DNA from: Octopus vulgaris
Lineage: Eukaryota
DNA: 64,000 nt
Direction: 5' to 3'
Assembly: GCA_951406725.2 (NCBI GenBank)
Contig: OX597815.1
Coordinates: forward strand, 82,088,001-82,152,000
Below, one piece after another: positions 13,436-29,620 of the stretch. The position numbers and the translations under genes are program-made. The notes under the pieces are model-generated. The model was not told the DNA's origin. It did no database searches and worked only from the letters and a program-made list of their open reading frames with translations. Numbering within the stretch: the stretch's first letter is position 1; the number at the start of each line of letters is the position of its first letter.

Positions 13436-13530
<95 letters not shown>

Positions 13531-14075
13531 GCCTGTCTGTCTATCTGTCTGTCTGTCTGTCTGCCTGTATACGAAAATTAGTTCTCTATAATATACAGCA
13601 ATAAAGTGTATCCCAAATGTTTTGTTCAGGTTAAGCGACCCATTGCATTTGGAACATCAAATCCAGGGCTCCTAACAACGTCAATGGTGACACGTGCGCT
13701 GAAAAGACGATATATACTTGTACTTTTTATATATATATATATATAGTATTGAGTATAAATATAAATATACACATATATAGTATTAATTATAAAACAAATG
13801 ATAGAGACGAAAAATGGAATACACGGGTAACTACTGCTCATACCTATTGTTTCTACCGATCTTGCATCGATACCTCGCTGGAGGGAAACTATATAACTAG
13901 CTGTGGTGCATCCCTTGGTGCAGAAGCTTCTCCTCAGGTGACGTAATAAGAGCTATCTCGTTAAATGAACTCTGCTTCGCTCGGATTTGATACAGTATGT
14001 TGTTCGTGTCCGTAGGTTAAGGCTACTGGACAGGAATATATACATATACATATACATATACATACATACATAATA

Positions 14076-14674
<599 letters not shown>

Positions 14675-15394
14675 CATGTATGTATGTATGTGTGTATGTA
14701 TATATGTGTGTATGTGAGTGTATGTGTGTCTATGTGTGTGTTGTATATATATATGTGCATGTATATGAGTGCATGTATGTTCTTAACGAGAAAGTCTTTA
14801 TGCTATTGCTTGAGCAACCTGAAGTAATAACCACATGACTCTCAAGTCACGCAATACGGTCTTAAAATGAAGACCGGTTAATCAAGACTGGAACATTTTG
14901 AATCATAGGTCTGTTCTGTTCTGTTCTGTTCAGAACTGACGTCGGATTAAATAATAAAAACATTAAAAATGAATGCATCAACAGCAAAGTTAGCAGCAGC
15001 AGCAACAGCAGTAGCAACAACCAGAATTACATTGATGATGTCCACAAATGCAGCCCGGCGTGAAACAAGTGATGATAAGGATATTAATCACGATGTTGAT
15101 AATGATTATTGTTGCCAGCTAGCTTGAAACACACATCAGGATGACGAAGACGATAACCTCACTGACGACGACGACGACGACGACGACGATGATGATGATG
15201 ATGATGATGATTGATGTGGTGATGATACTAATTGCAGGAAGAGCCAAGAGGAGAAGGAGAAGCAATGCAGTGGAGGAGAAGAAGAAGCTAGCATGTCATT
15301 TTAATTACCATAACCTTAAGTCTCCTTCATTATACATCTCAAGAGAGATTAACTGCATTGCAACAACACACCTAATCCGTCTCCCTCCCTCCCT

Positions 15395-15438
<44 letters not shown>

Positions 15439-15885
15439 GACTATCGAAAACATCGTTTTATATGCATCAGCGATTAGATAACTTTTCGTTTCATTTTTGC
15501 TATCTTAGCACATGTGGTTTCAAGGCTCAGCGTGTTTGTCGATCTTATAGAAATACCAGGCAATCGTCTTCCAAGTCGCTGCATACCGTGTTCAAAACGA
15601 AGGACTCAATGGATAAGGGAGTTTCATATACATTATGTCTGAAAAGAAATACAAAACAAAAAGCAGAAACAAAAAGAAAAACAGTAAGGTCTCGTTTCAT
15701 AGTACTGGAGGAGAGCGGACATGGATTAAGCAGAAAAACTAAATCTAACAACAGTTTTACTGTCGAACCCACGAGGATGCCTCTACGCGGTTGCACGACT
15801 TGGATAGAAATAGTCACCACATCTCCTTCATATTACAATCTACTATCTTGTAGACGGAGAGAGCTTTGGAAAATATAGTTCTATA

Positions 15886-16154
15886 CTAGCTTAAGGTGAC
15901 CCGCTCTACGCGCGGGTAAGGGTGTGGTTGTTATTTTCTGTTGCTTCCTTTATGTTTCTTATCACCACGTTCACCCTATTTGTTTCTCTCTCATTTCTCT
16001 CTCACTTTCCCACTCTCTTACTCTTACTTTCTCTCGGCGACCTAGTCCAGTCGCTTCCTCGCCTCTCTTTACGTGTCTCTGTAATTTTGGAGCCAATCCG
16101 ACCCCATCTAATGAGACAAACAAATTTTTCGCATTTCAGCTTTATAGATATTGA
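15886..16154 (-). mobile_element. Short non-autonomous Helitron
   Basis: Minus strand starts TC (A|TC), ends with hairpin CCCGC-GCGTAGA-GCGGG 10 nt before CTAG|T; related 5' pieces at ~56330-56450 and ~56575-56712. Confidence 0.75.
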
Positions 16155-16657
16155 TATGCAATGTCCGAGATGGTACAATTGGCATAAGTGGGACGAAGTT
16201 AATAACAGATTTGCTTAGTTTGCAGTGACATCAAACAATTGCAACAACCATGTAGTCAGGTCACCCTATTTAGAGATCATCGGCTTGCATAAGCCTTCCA
16301 GTCATTTCCGACGTTTCAGCTTTGAACATTCATTGTCAAGAGTGAGGTCTGAAAAATTCGAAAGAGCATCATATATTTTTTTTCTCTTTTGCTTTTCCCT
16401 TTGTTTATTTCTGTTAGACACAAGTCATTGATATTGTGCGTTACCGATCGACTAACGTCAAAATGTTATTGTCATATGAGGAAGGTATTGCTATTTTATA
16501 GGTGTGTGACGTTGATAGATACATATATATGTGTATATATGTATGTATACATGTATGTCTGTATGCATGTATGCATGTATGCATGTATGTATGCGTGTAT
16601 GTATGAATGTATGTATGTATGTATCTATGTATATATATGTATATATGTATATATGTA

Positions 16658-16737
<80 letters not shown>

Positions 16738-17509
16738 TATATATTCAAATAAGGGCGGAGCTCTTCATCAGAAACATTAGAAAAGGAAAGATCCAAGGAA
16801 GGGATGACGGAGGAAAAAAATCGCGAACGATACGCACACAGTCACATTACACACATATACACGTGCACACACACACACACACACGCACACGCATATATGT
16901 AATATAAAATGTATGTATATGTGTGAGTGTGTGTGCTTGTGTAGTAAAGCATGGATTGCTTAATTTGTAACCCTAAGATCTCAAGTTCAATCCTACAGCA
17001 AGCGTCACCTCCGTAGCTTTGAGTTGGTGCCAATTCTCATGTCTGGAACTCCACACATCACCCCACTCGCATGGTTTGTATCTGCAATCCACAGGTCCAG
17101 CCCTCGTTACGTAGAGTACAGACGATTAGAATGGTACTTTATTTTATCGATTCCCGGAGAGATGAAAGGCGTAGTTGACCTAGGTGGTATTTGACCCCAG
17201 AACAGGAAGAGACGTAAATATTTTAGTAACGATTATTGGTGGTGTGCCAATTGGCAATTATTTTAGTAATAATTATTTTCTTATAATTTTGTTGATTGCT
17301 AATATCACGGAGATCAATTTTCCTCTGCCTACCACCCACCCCTTCGCTACATTACGAATGTTAGTTTTTGTTTTGTTTTTGGTGTGATGGTTAGCTGTTA
17401 GTTAGGTACTTCTGTAGGTATGTAGCGAAGGTCAGGCGGAGGGATGTGGTGAGTAGAGGTGGGTGGTTGATGGAAGTTTGTTTCGGAATGAGGTTGTTTC
17501 AACACCGCT

Positions 17510-18387
17510 TCCACCAACCACCACCAACCACCACCACCAACCACCACCACCAACCACCACCACCACCACCACCACCACCACCACGACCACCACGACCACC
17601 ACCACCACCACCACCACCACCACCACCATCACCACCACCGCCACTGCCACCGCCGCCGCCGCCACCACCACCACCACCACCACCACCATCACCAATTTCT
17701 CTACCTCCACCATCAATACGTCATTAATATCGCATCGACCGCTGCCGCCGCCAACTCTTTTGCTGCCACTACCATCACCACCACCAACAACAACAACAAA
17801 AAGAACAACAACAAAGTCACTACCGTCGTCGTCACTACCATCACCATCACCATCACCATAATTTCTGCAGCTGTTACTGCTGATGCTGCAACCTTATTTT
17901 TCTATCTAGGTCAAATTGGCTGACACACTTAACCTTCACCACCACCACCATCACCATCACCACTACCACTACTACCGCCGACGCCACCATCCTTCTCTAT
18001 CTTCCCTCCTGAGCCCGTGGCATAACCTCTGCTCCCTTACTCCTACAACTTCCCTCTTATATCACCACCATTACCAACACCACCACCACCACCACCATCA
18101 TCGACACGACACTCCCCACCGGCCTGTTAATCAATCGATAATTCTATCAATATATTCCCCACTATCCTGCCCCCCCCCCCCACCAATAGCCTACTACCAG
18201 CTTTTTCACCCCTCCCCCCATATATTGCGTTTACACCCCACGAAAGCATAGTCCCCCCCCCCGACCACGACCACCACCCCAGCCGATTCCTTCAGACCGA
18301 ATTAAACAAAATACTTTCCCTTCCAGTTCATTTCCTTGAATCAAAAGTATCAATCACTCACCACTCCCTACTCTACGCACACACGCT

Positions 18388-18456
<69 letters not shown>

Positions 18457-19860
18457 ATACACACATTTGCACGCATATATATATAAATATATATATATAT
18501 ATATGTATACATGTATACACACGCACACACACATATGCACGCATAAAAACAGAAATATACACAAACATAACCATACACACATACACATATATACACACAC
18601 ATATACACATACACACACTTACGCACAAAGGCAGATATTCGCTCATAGACATGCAAGCATACACACAGAGACGCACACAAATATACGGGCGCACACATGC
18701 ACACACATACATACAGACACACATATACGCACATAGACATACATAGACATATACACACACTGATACACATAAGCACATAGACATACACACACACATACAC
18801 ACATGCATATACGAACATATACACATACGTATGAATGCTGCTAATCTTCCCCAGCTTCCACCGACCTAAACACCCACTCCCCACTACACTTCCTCCTCGC
18901 AATACTAATCCTATAGTCACCCACCAACCCATACACCTACCTACCTACATATCTACCTATCTACCTACCTACCTACCTACCTACCTACCTACCTACCTAC
19001 CTACCTACCTACCTACCTATCTACCTACCTGCCTACCTTCCTATCCACCTATCGCCTCACCTATTTCCTCACCTATCACATTCTCATATTCATCTCAACC
19101 CATTCCCCTCTACTCACACCTGCACAAAATCGGCACCACATCGGCACCACACCGGCACCATACCTTTCAGGCTCAACCATCTCGTTCGCATCACTGATGC
19201 TCTGTTACGGGCAGGCACTTACGCGCGTACTCACACATCTACTTACCTGCACACGCACACACAAACACACACACACTGTGTATACACACATACACACATA
19301 CATGCATGCACATACACGCATGCACCATCATCATCACGACCACCACAACGACCACCACCATCACCATCAGCATCATCATCCCCCTACCACCAACATCACC
19401 ACCGACATTACCACGACAACCATCACCTCTAACACCTCATCTACTACAATAACTTAGCACCACCAATGTCACTACCGCCGCCACTACCACCGCTACCACC
19501 ACAACCACTGTTACCAACATCATCATCACCACCATAACAACCAATAATGCCAGCATCATCATTACCACCACAAGCATCACCCCTAACATAACTTATGAGC
19601 AACCCTCTATAACCAAACTCACCACCAAAACCAACCACCACTACAGCCACTACTGCCATCGCAACTACCACCATTAATACCACCGCAAATAGCACCTCTA
19701 CAACAAACATCACTACCAACAACAACGACAAGAACAACCCTATCATTATCACAACTACTGAAACCACCCCACCATCACCACCACCGCCGCCGCCACCACC
19801 ACAACCACAACCACCGCTATCAACCATCACCACTCTCACCACCGCCACCACCACTACCAT
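17510..19860. repeat. Compound low-complexity block: (CCA)n/(CAC)n/(CCG)n, (CA)n, (CTAC)n, (CAT)n
   Basis: Directly visible; source of the poly-P/T/H/V ORFs. Confidence 0.95.
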
Positions 19861-20206
19861 AGCGTTCTATCGTAGGTTTTTCACACGTCAGTAAGCTCTG
19901 CTGCATTCAACACCTATTGCCTCGACAGTGAGTGAGGTGCACCGGAAGTTATGTTAAGGTGTTTTAAGAATTCTGCAGCAAATGCTTTAGATGCCAAGAA
20001 GCCAGGATGTAACTACGAATGGAGGAAAGGAAGTTATGTATTTCTATATTTACTTTGCTGTGTTTGTTTCTATACCATTTGTTCGTGATATCCTTATCGT
20101 TGTAATCGTCGCCACTATTCTGCTACTGCACTTCCTTCCATTTTCCTTCTCTGCTTCAACATCATTTTTGCTCCTCAGAAAATAGCCTCCAACTACGAAC
20201 ATTGCC

Positions 20207-20269
<63 letters not shown>

Positions 20270-20575
20270 GTGTGCGTGCGCGAGCGTGTATAAAGGATCA
20301 AAAACGCATTCCTGAGCCATAGTATCTCAACCCCAGTTTCCAGAACTCAGTGGCGTAAATTCCCCACCCTACTCTAGACGGAACACCAGTTTATCGCAGC
20401 TGAGTGAATTGGAGCAACGAGATATAAAGTGCTTTCCTCAAGAACTCAAAGCATCGCCCAGTCCAGAAACGGAAACCGTAATCTTACAACTATAAGTTCA
20501 GCACTCTACCCAGCAAGCCACGTGCACAACCGCACCCCACCACACACAAGCACACACAAAAACACACACACACAC

Positions 20576-20622
<47 letters not shown>

Positions 20623-20844
20623 GACAGAAAACTAGGTTGTCTAGTCCTACTACAATTGCCTCATGAAATGCCTATACTATGACGTAAGCATGGTTCCGGG
20701 TGTATAGTATGCACAACAGCCACAAGAATATGTAATACGTTATGCAACTCCCAACTCATCAGGCTTACCAGATACAAAAACAAACAATGTCATGCTGATG
20801 AATCAACAGTTCGTCAACCATCGAACTTTTGAATCAGTAGTACC

Positions 20845-22884
20845 AACATTTCAGAAACTTAAAGCGGGTAGCAATATAATCAGTTAAGAGCGTAGATGAT
20901 AGAATAAGATTGTACGTTATAAAATAGTTAAAAGGCGTATTGAATCTAAACATGTCATTAAACTTAGCGACATCACTCATAAAAACTCGGACTGGCAAAA
21001 CAGGCTTATATACCAGCAGATTGAGTCTATCAAAATATTTTTGAAGTTTGTTGCCGACTTTGTTCTCAGAAAAAAGATATATACTGTGTTACATTGTTTA
21101 GTACATGAAAGGAGTGATATGATTAATAAATCCAAGCGTAACGTATTCATTTACTTAATTCTTATTTATTAAAGAGCACAGATTAATTATTGCAAGTTTC
21201 AGAGGGGAAGGGAGGAAAATTGAAGAAGAAAGGAAAAAGAATAAAAAATAATTAACATATTGAGATAGAAATAATCACGGTGTCAACAATCTTTACCAAT
21301 AAATAAATTGAAACTGAATAGCATAAATTTTATAGGGAAAGAGTACAGTACTTTTGTCAGGAATTCGGCGTTGGCATAAACAAATGTGTATATTAGACTA
21401 ATGACAATAGGTTACGCAATAAGTGTCAACATAAAAGATACCAGTCTATATTCTATACATCGAAATTTAGAGAGATCAGTTATATAGCTGTTATGAAGTT
21501 ACAAGTCTCAAGAATAGAGAAGGAAACGCAGATCTGACATTAAAACCCCCGAAAGCCATGAATTCCAACAATTCCATTAACCAATATTATCGCATTATAA
21601 TTGAGAATAAAGCAAATCAATTAAAAATCATAAAGGTTAAGTACGAGATAGGGCATATGACTACAAATAATAATTTGAATTATGGGGAGTATTAAGAAAA
21701 TGTTAATGGAATTTATAAGAATTATAAAGAATTACAATGCCATATTTGTTAAGAGAATTTATAAGGATTATAAAGAATTATAAAGGCCCTAGCCAAGGAG
21801 GATGAAACAAATATAAGATACTGCCTAAGGTTAGAAACAAAATAGTTAAAATTATTAAGTTGTAAATTATATAAAATTACAGTCATCGGTATATGTCGTT
21901 AGAACAAATGGTGCACAAAAGTAGCTTAAATATAAGTTATTAGTATTAATAGTATTAGAATACTCTAGTCAACCTAAATGTAACCCCATGAATCCTATTA
22001 CTAATACTTAAAGTTTATATTCTAGGGTTATAGATACGTATTTAGCATTGGAAAAAAGATTTTATAGAACATGTATAAAGTATAAGAAAATACTACAGAT
22101 AGAATGTGGGCATTTGGTCCTTAATTCATCAGATCTATTGATAATAGCTTCATCCGCACATTTTGATTTCCAACAATTCCAAACAACAGAGATTGGAATC
22201 ATATCTATCACTAACATAAGGCTTAGCGTATTTAGCGAAGTTACACGTTAGATGAAAATCTATACTTTTTCCTTTAATTCCTTCGGCCTTCGCAAAAAGC
22301 GATGTTGTTTTCGATTTACTTTCTAAATGTATGAAGATGATTATATAATCTTAATTTAAGAATAGATATGGAACGTACATAAGTGAAAGTATGTCGATTA
22401 CTTTTAGTATTACATTCATAAACAATGATTCTGGTCAGGTAACTATTTTCTTTGTATAATTATCCGGATCTATCTTAATTAAGGCAAACATTCTATTAGT
22501 TTTGCAATAACGAATCTGTGCATTTTAATCAATAGAAATTAAGTAAATGAATACGTAACTCTTGACTTTATTAACTATACCACTCCTTTGATATACTAAA
22601 CGATACAACACAGTAAATGTTCTGAGAACAAAGTCAGTAACTGTTTTAAAAATATTTTGATATCGTTAAATGTCATATTTGGCACGTACTATCTGCTGGT
22701 TTATAAACCTGTTTGCTAGTACCAGTTTTTGAGTGATGTCGCTAAATTTAATGATATCTTTAGATTAGATATGCCTTTTAACTATTCATTATTTTGTGAT
22801 CCACGATCTTCATTAACTGATTTTGCGATCTATGACCTTGATTAACTGATTAGTACCACCCGCTTTACATTTCTGGAAGTTTGC
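20845..22884. mobile_element. Old ~2-kb element with ~350-bp diverged terminal inverted repeats
   Basis: 20845-21196 is the reverse complement of 22501-22884 (e.g. TTAGCGACATCACTCA / TGAGTGATGTCGCTAA; GACTTTGTTCTCAGAA / TTCTGAGAACAAAGTC; TATTCATTTACTTAATT / AATTAAGTAAATGAATA). Confidence 0.75.
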
Positions 22885-23279
22885 AAGCTTGAAGCAGACT
22901 GTGGCAGGTATAGAAGGCAAAAAGTGGATGGTATACGATCCGGAACAATAATAATTTATTCGCGTCGAAAGCTACACACTTTTTCCCATAAGGAAGCCAC
23001 GAAGATAGTCGTAAGAATGAAAGTTTAACGGTTAGCAACTAGAGTTGCTATAAATGGGAATAAAAACTCAAATTGAGGGAGTGGAACAGGTAAAATCCAA
23101 AGTACATCTGGTGTAAAAATTACTCTGCGAGAGAAACTTAATTTAGCTAATCATCAGGCCGAGATTACCTTATTTACATGATTATATTGTCGCTTGGAAT
23201 TTCCAAATTAACTCACCGCAGATGTTACATGGAAAAACTTTATCCATTCCACTCCTTCCATTTGGATACATTTTGTATA

Positions 23280-23530
23280 TATTCGTTTATCAATTCGTTT
23301 TGCAAGATTCCTGATGTAAAATCGTGTTGAAATAGATATTGTTGTACTTCGGGACGGTCATTTTATTTATTAATTTTTTTTGCCGAAATAAATACACGCA
23401 CTATATATTTTATCTTCACTCGTTTATTACTGTTATTTTATTATTTTAATGCCTGTCCATTGTCCGGAAATCTTTCGTCACACATCTGTGATAGTTTCAG
23501 CGACACTTTTCGTTTCCGTGTGTGTTCTTG
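23280..23530 (-). repeat. PLE-type terminal repeat with degenerate hammerhead; same family as 47297-47604 and 57190-57360
   Basis: Shared GTGTTGAAA.AGATATTGTT.TA.TTCGG.A.GGTCATTTT and TCTTTCGTCACAC..CTGTGA segments. Confidence 0.65.
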
Positions 23531-23642
23531 CTCCACTCACTCATAAATAAAAAGACCACCCCGAAGTACAACAATATTTGTGTATGTGTGTGTGTGTGTG
23601 TGTATACGCATACATACATACATACATACATACATACATACA

Positions 23643-23673
<31 letters not shown>

Positions 23674-25067
23674 GTACATGAAGCATGCACACACTTCCCG
23701 GCATACGTATTATAATATATTCATACATGCGACTGAAATCACAAATATACAGTTTTGAACCATATTATCATACACTTACCAACATTGTTTTTGACATCTA
23801 TTTTCGTAAGAAATAGTCCAGAAAGTAAAAGATATCTGTATACTCACCACTCACTGACAATACACACTTTTGCTATTGGCCCCAATTCATATCAATGTTC
23901 GAGGCTTCACTAAACACTAAAGTAATCGAAAACAATCCCCGATTGAAACCACCCTAAAGAAATGTGGGCCAATGTGATGCCTGTGTATCTTTGCTTGGCC
24001 GATTGCTTGCTTGGGTAGCGGTCTTTCAAAATTTAAAATAAACGAATAATCCAACATTGAACAAGAGTGCCTGCTGTGCAAATTATTGATTATACGAAAT
24101 ATGGTTTCAAATTACATGTAAAATGAAATGCAAAGGAAATACATTCCTACATTCAGCAATATAATATTTAGATGTATTCTTGGCTATAACAGTTGATTTT
24201 TTTTAAAGATTTAGCACAAGGCCGTACAACGTAAAGAAAGTACGGTTGATTAAATGCAGATGTAAGTGGTTATACTGCTTTACATAATATTAGAATATTT
24301 CATACAACTGTGTAATGGACTGAGAAGTAGGCGTGCATATTAAAATATGTCTCTAATATTTCATACGTAGTACATAATCTTCCATGTAATATATACATTA
24401 TATAACGCTATCTATTATATAATCTTTTATATGAATTAATATTGATTCAAACGGTTGAGTGATGGTAAATGACAAAAGGTTCGAAACTGGCAAACTGAAG
24501 CTGCTTTGTGATTTCAAAACAAGGTTCAGTGGCAATAAAACTCCCACCAAAGAAAAAAAAAAGTTATTGAACGTCACATTCACGCGCCTCCTCTATGGAG
24601 ATTTAAATGAAACGATGCCGTTGTTGTTGACAGCCGGAACTTCTTTGATCATAAATCTATTGGATTACAGCTGACCTATGATCAATGACGTTCCAGCTGT
24701 CACCACTCCATCTGTCATTCTGATATAGTGTATCTAGAATTACAATACTGCATGTAAATTATTCTTACTTTTTAACGCGATAAAATCAAATTTGTGGAAA
24801 GTTTGGTTAGTATTTCTAGCACATCAAGTAACAGATTAGAAGCTTTGCGTTAACTCGAGATAATATTAGCTGATATAATATAATAGATGAGAGCCCAACA
24901 AGAGAGAACCGAAGGAAAATATTTTACAGTATATGGTCAGTTTAGAGAGGATAGTATATCATGCAGCCAGCCCAGAGACTACAGTTCATGTCTTGTTACA
25001 TATTCTGTCCTTAGCATCACTGAGCATCTTTCAAGAAAAATACTTAGCAGTAAGCATGAGTTCGGCC

Positions 25068-25325
25068 CAGTGGTTTTCAAACATTTTTTTGCCTATGGAC
25101 CCATTTGATTTCTATTTCATTCTACTGGACCCCTATTGACTTTCAGTGTTTTTTATAAGTCCTATTATATTTTTAATGTTAAATACTATTGGAAATTGTA
25201 TTTAAAAAATTTTTTAAATATTTTGTGTACTTTAGTTGTATAAGCAATTTACTTCATATATATTTTTAGCAATAAAATCTCATATAGACTCCAAGGGCCA
25301 TGTGGACCCCGTTTCAGAACTACAA
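25068..25325. mobile_element. hAT(Charlie)-like MITE
   Basis: Ends CAGTGGTTTTCAAAC ... GTTTCAGAACTAC with repeated internal TGGACCC(C) motifs. Confidence 0.6.
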
Positions 25326-25327
25326 GG

Positions 25328-25700
25328 GTAGACGAAGGAGAGTAGAGGTACTGGTAGAGAGAGTAATGCGGAGATGGAGAAAATGCTTGAGAGCACGGAG
25401 TCCCCCGTCGTAAGGGTGGATGGTGTAGAGGGATTTGATGTCCATACTGAAAATGAGGCGTGTGGGGATGGGGAGGGGATGAGGGAAGGGAGATGGGGAG
25501 GGATGGAATAAGGAGAGAAGGAGGGATGGAATGGAGGAGGGAATGAGGGGAAAATAGCTGCAAAGGTGGAGAGCAAGATTGGTATCCTGGATGCTTGAGC
25601 GGAGAGCAGTAACCAAAAATGCGGGAAGAATGTTGTGGTAGGCGGTGATAATTTCAGTGGCGGTTGCTACAAACAATGGCTCAACTAAAAGCACCGACAT
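25328..25700 (-). pseudogene. Penelope-like reverse transcriptase fragment (a different PLE family)
   Basis: SSIQDTNLALH...RLIFSMDIKSLYTIHPYDGGLRALKHFL...STSTLLRL matches PLE RT motif region xxFxxDxxSLYTxIPH. Confidence 0.85.
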
Positions 25701-25974
25701 CGATCAATCCGTGTGAGAGAGACTCCATCTCCTTTGCGGTCCGGGGCTAAGATGACAACGCCCCTGGCTAAGACGTCAATGAAGAGCTCCCAATGTCAGT
25801 AGGCCATACTGGTGTCCCGCAAATCACATTTCAGGGATCATACGATCGGATCTACCCCCCACGTTATTAATGGATATGTAGTTTCTAATCAGCTTTCTCC
25901 TTTCTAGTTTTGAGAAGCCTACTTTAAACAATATGTATGTATGTATATATATGTAGGGGTATATACATACACAC

Positions 25975-26026
<52 letters not shown>

Positions 26027-27236
26027 GCTCTCTCTCTCTCACACACACACATATATCATATGGCGAACGAGTAGCTAGGGCAACAGACTAAATGTAATAA
26101 TGATTTCTTCCACAGGCACAAGTCTATATATCTTGAGATAGAATTTTGACCTGGTGTTGGAGCTTCTAACAATTCCAGAAAAACTAAAGGTAAAGAGAGA
26201 AAATAAAAGACGACTGACGTATTTGCAAGCGTTGTATTATAATGCATGTTCTATATAAATGTGAGAGCTTAGACATTTTCTCACATGAACACGTTTTAAG
26301 ACCTTTTTAAAAGCAGACACTAGCTCGCTAAAACTCCTTGGCAAACATTTGTACATTCTGATAAGACAATAAATCACATTAAGACTAAAAATAGCACGTA
26401 TTCTGGGAATCTTTCGAAAAACATCACAAATGCATGCAGAAAAATAAACACTAGCATTTACTAGGAAATTAATAGCGAATAAGCATTCACAATACAAATT
26501 AAAACAGATAACAATATTGAATGGTCAGCTTCACGTAAACCCTATGCTACGTTAAAAGACCACTAGGATATTTTTACCATCCGATCCCAACAGTAGTTTT
26601 AGTGGTGGATCTACCATAAAACTAATGAAGCTTGAGCTTCAGGGATTCTAATCCCGGAGAAGCCCCTCTGAAGCAACTTAATGTTTTCATTCTGTCAATC
26701 TATGTATTTTAGTATTTTGCTATGCTGGCTGCTGTTAGCAGTCTTAGTGCTATGTCTAAACACTCAGAACCTAGCCACGAGTTGTTCACCTGCAGTTTCT
26801 GCCGGTGTGGAGTAGCATAAAAAATAAAAGTACAAACGACTCTCAGATAATTCGCTTCACTTGAATTATTTTGAAAACTTCGACCCTGTCCCTCCCATTG
26901 TCAAATTTGTCTGCTTCTACACCAGCACGGTAGAGATAAGAATTCTTATTTTCACACCATTATTTAATAACCAATGAAAGGGTTTGCCTCCTAATTTTGG
27001 ACTTACAAGCTGTTCAATAACAAAGCATTTCTTCTAATTCAAAAATTGTTGGAATATCAACTTGTACAAAATGAACAATTTTTCATTTATGACTATATAT
27101 TAAGTTGTGGACTCTTATCTTCATCGATCTCTCACTGTGGCCAATGAAAATATAACTCCAATTTCTTTTTCACAGAAGTCTGGTCCCCAAGAGGAATAAC
27201 AATGTTTTCACGACAGTACTTAAGCTGATACCAGAA

Positions 27237-29620
27237 ATGCCAACTCAAAGAAAAGCAATTTAAAGAAATTTCTAAATGTCAAAAACTATCAAATTATTTT
27301 ACAATAAGTAAAAGTTTGTCATCACCTGCAACTGAAACAGGCCATGCAAGCACCAGTGAAGTCAATGATAGTGCACAAGCCATGAGTACACTGTTTAGCA
27401 ATAATCAACCTAGTGTTGACAATTTTGGTGCAGATGATGATCACCGTGGTCAAGAACTTCAAGAAAAGATAGAGCAGAAACAGGAAGCAAATTTAGCGAT
27501 TTCAAAGAATACAGTGACCTGGCAAACTGGCCTGTAACAATTGATAATGATTTCGTAGAAAACTGTTTAATGCAAGACATCAGTTTTTTTCAAAATAAAA
27601 AACGAAATAATTTATATACTGAATCCAACAAGATTTACAAACAGCGAAATCGAAGTTTCTCAAACAAGTACTTTGAAAAAAAGATTGAAAAATAGTCATA
27701 CTGTTAGTTTATTCAAAGAACAAACTCTTTCTAAATGCCAAATATCACTTACAACGGGTGGGTTTTCTGATTGGATCAATATACTCAGAACTCTAGAAAA
27801 TCAAGAAGAGAGCATGGAATATAACAGGGCGATATTGAGCTGGCTAACACGAAAGTCAAATAAAAACATTTTGGATCAGCAACTTGAAGAATACTTGAGA
27901 AAAACATGCAGTACTATTTTGAAGCACTAAAAAGAGTTGTAGCAGTTATTAAGTTTTTAAGTGTAAGATGTTTAGCATTTATAGGCCATGAGGAAAAGTG
28001 GAACTCCCCAAACAATGGATATTTCATGGGAGTCATTCAGCTTATTGCGGATTTTGACCCATTTTTACAAGAACATTTAGAGAAATGTGAAAATTAAAAA
28101 GTGAATATTACTTACCTATTCAAATCTGAGTCTGAAGAATTGATAGAAATCATGGGAAAACATGTGAAAGATGAAGTGGCGAATCAGATCAACAACCTAG
28201 ACATCAAATGCTACTCAATTATTGTTGACTCTACACCTAATATGACACATGTTGACCAGCTGGTAATTGTGGTTTGATACTGTTATAATGGAAAACCCTG
28301 AGAGAGATTTTTAGCATTTTTGCCAATAGAAAAACATTCATCCACGACCTTGTTCAACAAAATAACAATTGCCGGGGGAGCATAAGCTTTCACTTGAAAA
28401 TATCCGCGGTCACTCGTATGATAATGCTTCCAACATGAAAGGCTCGGAGAAAGGGCTGTGAGCACTTCTTGAAAACATTAACAAGTATGCAGATTATGTA
28501 CCATGAGCAAGTCATTTACTAACCTTGTTTGGTAAAAGGCAATGTCTACTGTACCTGAAGTTGTTGACTATTTTGGCATCTTGCAGCAGCTGTATGTTTT
28601 CCTTTCTGAATCTCCTCGAAGATGAGAAATTTTGAACACACAGGGCAATCTAGCCTTTTCTCTAAAGAGCTTAAGTGTAACTAATTGGTCTGCACATTAT
28701 GAAACAGTCCGGGCAATTAAAAATGAATATATGGATATCTTACAAACTCTCAAACATGTTTGAAGACTTAGAAGAGAAGCCTGAATGTAAAGCGAGATGC
28801 AAAGAATTTATACCACAAATTGGTAAAATTAGAATATGCTATTTTGACAGTCGTTTGGGAAGAAGTTATGGTACAGATGTATTTGAAGATTACCTTCTGC
28901 TAGCATCTTTGTTTTCATTTGTTAAAGAACTACGAGAAAATTCAGTCAACAGGATTGCACACTATGCAACTGTAGCAAATGGTTTATCTGAATATATCAC
29001 CTCAAATTGTTCTGATGTTTCCAAACGCATTGTTACAAAGAAATTTGCAGATGGAACAAGTGATAAGGCTTCCTTGAAAGGGGCTGAAAAATTTAGAATA
29101 GAAGTTCTAAATCAAGTATATGACTGCTTGATAATCCATTTAAGCAAGTGGATGGACCCATATGAGCAGACTGCGAAAAAGTTCAAGTTCCTCTCAGAAT
29201 TGATGAACAATTCAAAATTTGTTGAGAATAGTATCAAACTTATCATATCGCATTACAAAGACAATATTGACCACAAATTAATAAATGAGTGTTATCAGTT
29301 CAAAGCGAATTTACACCTTAGGAAATCCCAGAACAGAAGAAAGCACACCATCTAAAATACAATGCACAAAAGTTCTTCAGCTTATTTATGAGCAACAATT
29401 TGCTGAAGTATCCCGTAATATTACCACCGCACATAAGCTGTACTTGACAATGCCTATCACGAGCTGTGAAGCAGAAAGGAATTCCTCAAGGCGTTACTTT
29501 GCAAATAATAAATTTCGCTCAGCCATGACTGAAAAGCGCTTACATTCCTTATGCATATTGTCTCTAGAAAAGGACATTGCAAAGAAGTTGTCATATGAAA
29601 AACTTTTGCTACAAAAAGAG
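27237..29620 (+). pseudogene. hAT transposase pseudogene (ZMYM1/DUF4371-like, C-terminal dimerisation domain)
   Basis: GFSDW, LKRVVAVIKFL...LAFIGHEE...NNGYFMG..LIADFDPFL, YSIIVDSTPNMTHVDQL, YDNASNM, LYLTMPITSCEAER...FRSAMTEKRLHSLCILSLE; many stops/frameshifts. Confidence 0.92.

Noticed and set aside
13820-13945. Possible hammerhead on minus strand (CTGAGGA...GAAAC)
   Set aside because: Could not form convincing stems II and III.
17432-19860. Poly-Pro/Thr/His/Gly ORFs resembling extensin or mucin
   Set aside because: Trinucleotide repeats open in several frames and on both strands; no domain or splice support.
19865-20050. Possible promoter (CACGTCA, CCGGAAGT motifs)
   Set aside because: Short motifs expected by chance; no linked transcript or ORF.
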